Part shown: in pieces, positions 17,934 to 23,763 of the stretch | Layout: each line of letters begins with the position of its first letter | Position numbering within the stretch: the stretch's first letter is position 1 | Assembly (NCBI GenBank): GCA_964461185.1 | Contig: CAYWTD010000001.1 | Coordinates: forward strand, 1 to 37,077 | Reading direction: 5' to 3' | DNA: 37,077 nucleotides | Origin: an uncultured Candidatus Saccharibacteria bacterium | GTDB taxonomy: Bacteria > Patescibacteriota > Minisyncoccia > Phycocordibacterales > JAACPR01 | The notes under the pieces: generated by a model | Told to the model about the DNA's origin: nothing | What the model saw: the letters and a program-made list of their open reading frames with translations, nothing else | Database searches by the model: none | Program-made: the position numbers and the translations under genes

Positions 17934-17985
17934 ACACAAATTCTACCACCTTATGTTTAGTACATGAAGTTCATTACATTCATTT
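17934..17985 (-). promoter_or_regulatory. type-II cassette leader with extended -10 TGGTAGAAT (-10 at 17945..17940)
   Basis: Minus strand reads AAATGAATGTAATGAACTTCATGTACTAAACATAAGGTGGTAGAATTTGTGT-ATG. It is similar to the leader at 21321-21371. Confidence 0.55.
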
Positions 17986-18014
17986 GCGCGCTTTCGTGGG
18001 CGTTGTTGGAACTA
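17986..18014. repeat. 29-bp array repeat R3 (1 mismatch, A15G)
   Basis: GCGCGCTTTCGTGGGCGTTGTTGGAACTA. Confidence 0.95.
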
Positions 18015-18050
18015 GTTTTCAATAAATTGTATACTCATTCATAATATATT

Positions 18051-18677
18051 ATGACGAAAGCCAACGACTCTGTCGTAAAATACATAATTAAACACATAAA
18101 AAAACTAGATAGTAAAAAAAGGTTAGTAATAACATTGGATGGTATTAGCGGATGTGGGAAAACTTCAATTTCAAAGAGGGTGGCGGAGTTATTAAAGGAT
18201 GTAACAGTTTTACATGCAGATTATTTTATTTATCCATATTCAAAATTAGTAAAGAAAATAGAAAAATTTGAGAATAATTATAGTATTTTATATGAAAAAA
18301 ACTGGTATGAGACAAAAAATTTGTTAAGCGTGGTTAACTCTTTTTTAAAAGGTACAAAGAACTCATATATATACAAACCAAAAAGGTATACAAAGAACAA
18401 GGAAATAGAAATTAATCTCACTAATAGAATACTTATAGTAGAGGGGTGTTTTGTCTCTCATGATGATTTACTGGGACAAATTTCTGATAGTAAAATATTT
18501 CTATCACTACCAAAGGATAGTGTTGTCAGCAGAAGAAAAAAACGTCGAATTATTAGAGGTCTTGGGGAAAAAAGATCTCTACTATCTCCTCATTTCCATA
18601 AGGCATATAAACACTATACGGAAGTATACAAAATTAGCTCAAAATCTAACCTGCATATATTAATGAATCCAAAATAA
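18051..18677 (+). CDS. P-loop nucleoside/nucleotide kinase-like protein (cassette 3, inverted relative to the other cassettes)
   Basis: 208 aa with Walker A LDGISGCGKTSISKRV. The size and layout resemble uridine kinase/PRK-family small kinases. This is a family-level guess only. Confidence 0.55.
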   Translation: MTKANDSVVKYIIKHIKKLDSKKRLVITLDGISGCGKTSISKRVAELLKDVTVLHADYFIYPYSKLVKKIEKFENNYSILYEKNWYETKNLLSVVNSFLKGTKNSYIYKPKRYTKNKEIEINLTNRILIVEGCFVSHDDLLGQISDSKIFLSLPKDSVVSRRKKRRIIRGLGEKRSLLSPHFHKAYKHYTEVYKISSKSNLHILMNPK

Positions 18678-18719
18678 CAATCTGGTATAATCTGCATTAT
18701 TATTAGATAAATAAAAAAT

Positions 18720-18845
18720 ATGGAAGAAATAAAACTGCCTGTAGATAACGATTCCGCTGCAGCTGAAGAGATGAAGGAAGAGCCGACATCAATAGGTGAT
18801 CTCACAACAATCCAGCCAGAAGATAGAGAAGCTGAACAAGCCTAA
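18720..18845 (+). CDS. possible 41-aa highly acidic peptide
   Basis: Hand translation gives MEEIKLPVDNDSAAAEEMKEEPTSIGDLTTIQPEDREAEQA*. It is followed immediately by a strong terminator and is below the track cutoff. Confidence 0.3.
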   Translation: MEEIKLPVDNDSAAAEEMKEEPTSIGDLTTIQPEDREAEQA

Positions 18846-18852
18846 CCGTTAA

Positions 18853-18880
18853 AAAAGAACTCCAAAAGGAGTTCTTTTTA
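18853..18880 (+). terminator. rho-independent terminator ending cassette 3
   Basis: AAGAACTCC-AAAA-GGAGTTCTT followed by a T run (18855-18879). Confidence 0.7.
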
Positions 18881-18885
18881 AATTT

Positions 18886-18914
18886 GCGCGCTTTCGTAGA
18901 CGTTGTTGGAACTA
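18886..18914. repeat. 29-bp array repeat R4 (1 mismatch, G13A)
   Basis: GCGCGCTTTCGTAGACGTTGTTGGAACTA. Confidence 0.95.
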
Positions 18915-18930
18915 AAATTAATCCAGCAAT

Positions 18931-19809
18931 CTACAGGTCAACTAATTTATCAAGGTTTTTTATTTCATCAACGGTTATAAAGTGTATATCTGGATAGGCT
19001 GATTTCAAGGCATTAATGGCTGACTCATATTGGCGCGGAACTAATACGGCCAAAAGGTTTTCTAAACCAAAATCCCTTCCAGGACTTCCAATCAACATAA
19101 AACCTTCGTGTTTAGCAGAATAACCCAGACCAGAGAGTTGTTTTTCCTCTTCCACACCTTCGCCTTCGGGAATATAAAACGATCCCCAAAACTGGCCTCG
19201 AAAATCATTTTTCAATGCTACCTTTAGTCTTTTAAAATCATCCACAACGTCTGGTCCAAGTACCCCCTCCAAACCACGCGCTGGTAGATTTCTCGCAAAA
19301 TCTTTATCAAGTTGCTGTGCTTCACGAATAAAATCTTCGTGCTGAGTTCCTGGCAACACCTCTCCTTTCTTTGCCCTAAAATACATATTATCTATTACTT
19401 TCTGGAGATTGTCCGTGCCATTTTGAGATTTATTACTTTCATCAAAACCAAGACTCGTATTTGTTTCGCCGGCTTCTGGTGTTTGATCATTAAGTGCGGC
19501 TAACTTTTGCCTGACCTTATCTAGTTCTTTAACTCTGGAAATTTCTCCCTCTCTAATCAACACGGATTCAGACTCTCTCTTTCTCAAAAAATCTAAAATT
19601 TTTTGTCTTCTTTGTTTTTCCGCCTCGGTCTTTTCTTGATCAATATATATTTTTGGTACCCAAAGTTGTTCAACTATTTCAGAGGATAATCCATCATACT
19701 GAGCTGGAACACGAATCTCTTCTTCCTGTGATGGCAAATCATTTATGTTAGAACTGCCGTCTCCAGATAACTCAGTATCATCTATTGATAAATTTACCTC
19801 TTCTTTCAT
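18931..19809 (-). CDS. hypothetical protein (cassette 4), acidic N-terminal half
   Basis: 292-aa ORF with ATG at 19809, 9 nt after TGGTAGAAT. No recognisable motif. Confidence 0.6.
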   Translation of the reverse strand: MKEEVNLSIDDTELSGDGSSNINDLPSQEEEIRVPAQYDGLSSEIVEQLWVPKIYIDQEKTEAEKQRRQKILDFLRKRESESVLIREGEISRVKELDKVRQKLAALNDQTPEAGETNTSLGFDESNKSQNGTDNLQKVIDNMYFRAKKGEVLPGTQHEDFIREAQQLDKDFARNLPARGLEGVLGPDVVDDFKRLKVALKNDFRGQFWGSFYIPEGEGVEEEKQLSGLGYSAKHEGFMLIGSPGRDFGLENLLAVLVPRQYESAINALKSAYPDIHFITVDEIKNLDKLVDL

Positions 19810-19818
19810 TACAATATA

Positions 19819-19887
19819 ATTCTACCACAGTTCCAAATCCCTTCCTCCGTTGAGATTTCAGCGGCTTAAATTAAGCTTCAAATGTTT
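19819..19887 (-). promoter_or_regulatory. type-I cassette leader module, copy A (extended -10 TGGTAGAAT plus about 60 nt conserved upstream sequence)
   Basis: Plus strand reads ATTCTACCACAGTTCCAAATCCCTTCCTCCGTTGAGATTTCAGCGGCTTAAATTAAGCTTCAAATGTTT. It is near-identical to 21043-21111 and 23312-23380. Confidence 0.6.
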
Positions 19888-19916
19888 GCGCGCTTTCGTG
19901 GACGTTGTTGGAACTG
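19888..19916. repeat. 29-bp array repeat R5 (last base G instead of A)
   Basis: GCGCGCTTTCGTGGACGTTGTTGGAACTG. Confidence 0.95.
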
Positions 19917-19948
19917 AGTTGTGGAGAAATAAAACTTGTTTGTGATAA

Positions 19949-19983
19949 GAAAAAGGAGCTCACAGTCAAACCATGAGCTCCTC
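19949..19983 (-). terminator. rho-independent terminator ending cassette 5
   Basis: On the minus strand GGAGCTCA-11 nt-TGAGCTCC is followed by TTTTTC. The stems are at 19955-19962 and 19974-19981. Confidence 0.7.
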
Positions 19984-19995
19984 AAGAAATAATAA

Positions 19996-20295
19996 TTATG
20001 AACCAATCTTCTTAACCGTCATGGACGGATATTCACTACAATTAGGACATCCAAATCCAAATATGTATTGCTTACAACTAACAAAATCATCCACTGTTAG
20101 ATTCGTATCATCTCTGATATTCACCAACACAAGAACATCTGCTAGCTGCTTGCGATCAAGTTCTAAAATTACTCCACACGATGAGCAATACAAATACGCG
20201 ACTGAATCAGGATTATCAAATGGCTTGCTTGCCAAATCGGTTGGCAGGGTTTTACTTGAACCACATGTGCCAAAAAAATTTGATTGTATGTCCAT
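19996..20295 (-). CDS. hypothetical small protein with two CxxC pairs (zinc-ribbon-like), cassette 5 gene 2
   Basis: The start is set at ATG 20295 (MDIQSNFFG...), 6 nt after AGGAGG (20307..20302). Contains CSSCG...and...GCPNC. The plus-strand ORF 19973..20341 is taken as its shadow. Confidence 0.6.
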   Translation of the reverse strand: MDIQSNFFGTCGSSKTLPTDLASKPFDNPDSVAYLYCSSCGVILELDRKQLADVLVLVNIRDDTNLTVDDFVSCKQYIFGFGCPNCSEYPSMTVKKIGS

Positions 20296-20342
20296 GCCTT
20301 TCCTCCTTTCTGTTTTTCTTTCATTAGAATATAACATATAAA

Positions 20343-20990
20343 TTATCTGTCAAGCCTACCAATAATAACCTTTACTATTTTATCCGCCTCTTGCGCCACA
20401 AACAGATCGAAGGAAGTTTGGTCGGTTTTCTGGTCCAACTCCTCAGGAAAGATGGTCACAACATCTGCCTTAGAGGTTTTATTAGGATTTATACTACCAT
20501 CCATTGTTATGAGAATTGTTTTACCAAAAATTGATATATCAAAAAAGGCATCTACTCCATGATACCGATCAGTGGGCGTTTCGACAAAACCATCTTGAGT
20601 AGTTTTTAGCCTGAGATCAGAGCAAGCGGTATAGTACAACACAGAATCATCGTCGACACCAACTCTTGAATCTGGTAAACGTTCTTTTAGGATCTTCAAA
20701 ATCTTCTGACGAAGAAAATAAGCATATGGCTTATCTGGATTTGTTGGTTCAAATTTCCTACAACGCCTGACCAACTCAAAACTCTCTTCACGTTTTAGAT
20801 ATGGAGGGTTCCCTTCCCTTAGTCTCTTCATCGCCTCCACAAATTCAGACTCTAGTTCTGGATTAGACTTGAGTTTATCTTTTAGACTTCTTAGCTCATC
20901 AAGATATTTAGACTGATCAATTAAACCGAAATGTTCATACTCAGCCATTTTCCCGGATTCACCAAAGTGATTTCTAAATCCTCTATACAT
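20343..20990 (-). CDS. hypothetical protein, cassette 5 gene 1
   Basis: 215-aa ORF, about 50 nt downstream of the TGGTATAGT promoter in leader copy B. No recognisable motif. Confidence 0.55.
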   Translation of the reverse strand: MYRGFRNHFGESGKMAEYEHFGLIDQSKYLDELRSLKDKLKSNPELESEFVEAMKRLREGNPPYLKREESFELVRRCRKFEPTNPDKPYAYFLRQKILKILKERLPDSRVGVDDDSVLYYTACSDLRLKTTQDGFVETPTDRYHGVDAFFDISIFGKTILITMDGSINPNKTSKADVVTIFPEELDQKTDQTSFDLFVAQEADKIVKVIIGRLDR

Positions 20991-21042
20991 TGTTTTTTAT
21001 TTTTAATGTTGCTTTAATGTTTTGCAACTTTTTTATAATAAA

Positions 21043-21111
21043 ACTATACCACAGTTCCAAATCCCTTCCACCGTGGAAATTTCGGTAGCCTTAATTAAAC
21101 CTCAAATGTTT
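21043..21111 (-). promoter_or_regulatory. type-I cassette leader module, copy B (extended -10 TGGTATAGT)
   Basis: Plus strand reads ACTATACCACAGTTCCAAATCCCTTCCACCGTGGAAATTTCGGTAGCCTTAATTAAACCTCAAATGTTT. Confidence 0.6.
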
Positions 21112-21140
21112 GCGCGCTTTCGTGGAGGGGGTTGGGGCTA
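21112..21140. repeat. 29-bp array repeat R6 (degenerate; 5 substitutions, all to G)
   Basis: GCGCGCTTTCGTGGAGGGGGTTGGGGCTA. Its terminal CTA is the TAG stop of CDS 21138..21320. Confidence 0.85.
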
Positions 21141-21320
21141 CTTTTTACGTTTACGCACAAACAAGCAAATGATTAGTAGTATCCCGCCAATAATTATTAG
21201 GGGGTAACCAAACCAGATCGCGCCAAAGCCGTACCCGGTACTCATATTTGTTAGAGGACTCCAGAAATATGCAGAAACAATTAATCCAATAATTATTACT
21301 GCCAATGATATTTTTCTCAT
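21138..21320 (-). CDS. small 2-TM membrane protein (cassette 6)
   Basis: 60 aa: MRKISLAVIIIGLIVSAYFW...YPLIIIGGILLIICLFVRKRKK. The ATG lies 6 nt after TGGTAGGAT. The overlapping ORF 21151..21336 is not hydrophobic or coherent and is rejected. Confidence 0.5.
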   Translation of the reverse strand: MRKISLAVIIIGLIVSAYFWSPLTNMSTGYGFGAIWFGYPLIIIGGILLIICLFVRKRKK

Positions 21321-21371
21321 GCCATAATCCTACCACTCTGTGTTAAGTTCACAAAGTTCATTTGGTTCACT
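21321..21371 (-). promoter_or_regulatory. type-II cassette leader with extended -10 TGGTAGGAT
   Basis: Minus strand reads AGTGAACCAAATGAACTTTGTGAACTTAACACAGAGTGGTAGGATTATGGC-ATG. Confidence 0.5.
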
Positions 21372-21400
21372 GCGCGCTTTCGTGGACGTTGTTGGAACTA
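21372..21400. repeat. 29-bp array repeat R7 (exact)
   Basis: Direct reading. Confidence 0.95.
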
Positions 21401-21465
21401 GGGCGCTATAAAAAATAACAAGACAAATTGTTGTATCGTTCTAAGTGTTCCACCAGCTTTTATTT

Positions 21466-23304
21466 CTAGTAATCACACTTCCCGTTGCCCGTAGTGTCAT
21501 AACAATCTACCTCCCCATCATAATTTGTGTCCCACATATTTGGTCTGCCGTTTCCTGTGGTATCGAAACAGTCTGGTTGTTCATCTCCATTTGTATCCCA
21601 CATATTTGGTTTACCCCAATCAGTTTGGTCATTACTGTTCCATGCATCCATTTTCGCATCTCCATCCGTATCAAAATTATCACAATTCCCATTTGAGTTC
21701 GTATCGTAGCAAATTCCATCACCATATAACCACCAATTAATGTTTCTAGAACCAGAGGTTTTGCCCATGTTGCATTCACCATCACTTGTCGTGTCATAAC
21801 AATCTACCTCCCCATCATAATTTGTGTCCCACATATTTGGTCTGCCGTTTCCTGTAGTGTCAAAAGAATCTGCATTTCCGTCGTTATTATTGTCCCAACA
21901 ATCAATTTCTCCGTCGCTGTTACAATCCCAAGAACCAGAAACTTGTTCTCCTGGGTTTTCAAAATCTATTTTAATTCCGTAGATATCATATCCTCCGTAA
22001 TACCATTTGGGGGTTGGTTTATCTTTCAACCCAACCGGTCCGCCAGATAACAGATATTCCTTATAGAAAGTGAGATACAAGTCAAGAGGATTTAAATAAC
22101 CTTCGGGTGTAGAAAGAATTCTTACTTCAGGATTGGTCTGAATAATATTATCTTGCACAACAGTATCAACATCATAATTACTTGGTACAGAGTATAACGC
22201 CTCTTCTTCTGTCCATTTAACACCATCGGCAGAACTTCTTGTAATTATCGAATCAGTTTCTTTATCAAAATAGAAAGTTTTAAAAATTTTCTCTGAGGGA
22301 ACGTATTTTACGTCAAACTGGTTGAATACATTCGTTAATCCTGCAGCATCGGTCAGTCTGTTTGAATATGAATTTTCAAAATCTGTCGGGTCATTACTTT
22401 TAGAAACCATTTGATAGGGTATTTGTTCTTCAGCCGAACGATTGTATTTATAAATATTTCCTTCAGGGTCAGTCCAAACTAGAAAATAAGTCGTATCTAC
22501 GTAATACAAATATATATTTTCACCATCTGTCGTTACTCTTGGGATTCCCGCTCCATAAAGTTCTAAGTACGGATTTCCGTATCCTACAGAAGTAAAGTAA
22601 TTGTCATTTATATAATCGTGTCCAGCCAAACTTAATATATTTGACTCCAAAACTGGTTTATAAGAATATTCTGTAGGAGAATTCTTCCACCCCTCATCAG
22701 TTAATATTTTAAATGGACCTTCTGGATTTCTAGATCGAGCCACAAATATGGACAAAATCTTGCTTGGATCTGTATATGATTCAAAATATAAATAATAATA
22801 ACCTTCAAAATAGACAATTGCGTTTCCACATCCGCCTTGTGCCAAATCACTCTGACCATTTTCTCTTGAAGCTTCAATGATTATCTCTGCTGGAGACCAA
22901 TTTTCTCCATTATCGTCGGAATATTGATACCTTATTTTATCAGTTTCATATTCTGCGGTTTTTCTCCAGTCGGGTGCTGACCCAGAATCAAAAGGCTCTC
23001 CTGATGAACAATAGTATATGTGAATTCTTCCAGATTCATCTCGGATTGAGTTATGTAAATGTGCATAGTAACTTCCTCCTTCTCTAGCATCTATCCATTT
23101 TCCTTGATCTATAATTTCCCCTTCAGAAAAATTGATATTTTCATCTTCATTTGGGGAAATGTCCGCTTTTGCCAATAACGATAAATTGTTATTGAAAATA
23201 TTGCTTGAATAATTAAAAGTGAAATCGTTTTTATTTTCTTTGGCAATAAAAAATATTGCAACAAAAACAACTGATATAAATATCGGTAAAATGTATTTTT
23301 TCAT
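21466..23304 (-). CDS. secreted protein: Asp-box/beta-propeller-like N-terminal domain plus C-terminal Asp-rich calcium-binding-type repeats (cassette 7)
   Basis: 612 aa. Signal peptide MKKYILPIFISVVFVAIFFIA. SDDNGENWS matches the Asp-box pattern SxDxGxxW. The C-terminus carries repeated DTNxDGxxDCxDTT units (TTGNGRPNMWDTNYDGEVDCYDTT twice). Confidence 0.7.
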   Translation of the reverse strand: MKKYILPIFISVVFVAIFFIAKENKNDFTFNYSSNIFNNNLSLLAKADISPNEDENINFSEGEIIDQGKWIDAREGGSYYAHLHNSIRDESGRIHIYYCSSGEPFDSGSAPDWRKTAEYETDKIRYQYSDDNGENWSPAEIIIEASRENGQSDLAQGGCGNAIVYFEGYYYLYFESYTDPSKILSIFVARSRNPEGPFKILTDEGWKNSPTEYSYKPVLESNILSLAGHDYINDNYFTSVGYGNPYLELYGAGIPRVTTDGENIYLYYVDTTYFLVWTDPEGNIYKYNRSAEEQIPYQMVSKSNDPTDFENSYSNRLTDAAGLTNVFNQFDVKYVPSEKIFKTFYFDKETDSIITRSSADGVKWTEEEALYSVPSNYDVDTVVQDNIIQTNPEVRILSTPEGYLNPLDLYLTFYKEYLLSGGPVGLKDKPTPKWYYGGYDIYGIKIDFENPGEQVSGSWDCNSDGEIDCWDNNNDGNADSFDTTGNGRPNMWDTNYDGEVDCYDTTSDGECNMGKTSGSRNINWWLYGDGICYDTNSNGNCDNFDTDGDAKMDAWNSNDQTDWGKPNMWDTNGDEQPDCFDTTGNGRPNMWDTNYDGEVDCYDTTGNGKCDY

Positions 23305-23311
23305 ATACCAA

Positions 23312-23380
23312 ATTCTACCACAGTTCCAAATCCATTCCTCCGTCGGAATTTCGGTGGCTTTAATTAAGCTTCAAATGTTT
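23312..23380 (-). promoter_or_regulatory. type-I cassette leader module, copy C, abutting the 3' end of tRNA-Asp
   Basis: Plus strand reads ATTCTACCACAGTTCCAAATCCATTCCTCCGTCGGAATTTCGGTGGCTTTAATTAAGCTTCAAATGTTT, followed by GCGCG, which is the tRNA 3' end. Confidence 0.6.
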
Positions 23381-23381
23381 G

Positions 23382-23455
23382 CGCGAGTGATGGGACTTGA
23401 ACCCACGACCTTCCGCGTGACAGGCGGACGCTCTAACCAGCTGAGCTACACCCGC
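23382..23455 (-). tRNA. tRNA-Asp (anticodon GUC), no encoded CCA
   Basis: Minus strand reads GCGGGTG-TA-GCTC-AGCTGGTTA-GAGC-G-TCCGC-CTGTCAC-GCGGA-AGGTC-GTGGG-TTCAAGT-CCCAT-CACTCGC-G. Confidence 0.9.
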
Positions 23456-23511
23456 ATTTATTTCGCATAAACGCGAGACCTATAATTTATCAGATTTACA
23501 TAAATATATCA

Positions 23512-23541
23512 ATAAAAAAGGCCACCTAAAAAAGTGGCCTG
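23512..23541 (-). terminator. rho-independent terminator after the GC-rich two-gene unit
   Basis: AGGCCAC (23519-23525) pairs with GTGGCCT (23534-23540). On the minus strand the hairpin is followed by TTTTTT. Confidence 0.7.
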
Positions 23542-23763
23542 TCACCAGACATTTTGTCCTGGCGGTTTGCAACGGTTGATGCCTTTAAAGAATTTCTTCT
23601 TTTCAGAATTTCTGAATTCCAGACGATGCCGTTCACAAAGATGATTCGGATCATTCGACGTCCTGCAGATGCAACAAAGCTCTCGCCCTTTTGCATCAAG
23701 TTGCAGAGTCAAATCACCCAAATCAAGTCCAAGGCTTCTCGTCATGTCCTTGGGCTTCATCAT
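23542..23763 (-). CDS. small Cys/His-motif protein, paralog 2 (73 aa)
   Basis: The start is set at ATG 23763..23761, which overlaps the upstream stop as TGATG. Sequence: MMKPKDM...ELCCICRTSNDPNHLCERHRLEF... The motif CxxC-x7-HxxCxxH-x3-F is shared with the upstream gene. Confidence 0.55.
   Translation of the reverse strand: MMKPKDMTRSLGLDLGDLTLQLDAKGRELCCICRTSNDPNHLCERHRLEFRNSEKKKFFKGINRCKPPGQNVW

Noticed and set aside
19882-19917. Mini-ORF ATG-TTT-GCG-CGC-TTT-CGT-GGA-CGT-TGT-TGG-AAC-TGA (MFARFRGRCWN) encoded by the repeat on the plus strand
   Set aside because: An in-frame ATG exists only in the copies preceded by the type-I leader. R1, R2, R3, R4 and R7 lack a start in that frame, and R2 has no stop after AAC. 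Conservation is therefore at the nucleotide level, not the peptide level.
19973-20341. Plus-strand 122-aa ORF overlapping the zinc-ribbon-like gene
   Set aside because: It has no promoter or SD. The minus-strand frame has AGGAGG-6 nt-ATG, CxxC pairs and a terminator, so the plus-strand ORF is treated as a shadow.
16149-21400. The 29-bp repeat as a CRISPR array
   Set aside because: The repeat length is CRISPR-like, but the intervals are 260-1224 bp and each contains a promoter plus a full-length ORF. There is no regular 30-40 bp spacing and no cas genes in the window.
16149-21400. The 29-bp repeat as a dif/pdif (XerC/XerD) site or a classical integron attC
   Set aside because: dif-type sites have partially palindromic 11-bp arms around a 6-bp spacer. 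Here the arms (GCGCGCTTTCG and TTGTTGGAACT) are not inverted copies, and all sites share one orientation. Classical attC sites are 57-141 bp imperfect hairpins ending GTTRRRY. GTTGGAA and TTCCAAA give only 6/7 and 5/7 matches. Only the three type-I units have an inverted partner, and the tRNA junction breaks at GCGCG rather than at a GTT. I kept this only as a loose analogy.
21466-21900. Diversity-generating retroelement (TR/VR pair) explanation for the intragenic 65-bp repeat
   Set aside because: The two copies are identical rather than differing at adenines. Both lie inside the same ORF, and no reverse transcriptase is nearby. Simple repeat-unit duplication is sufficient.
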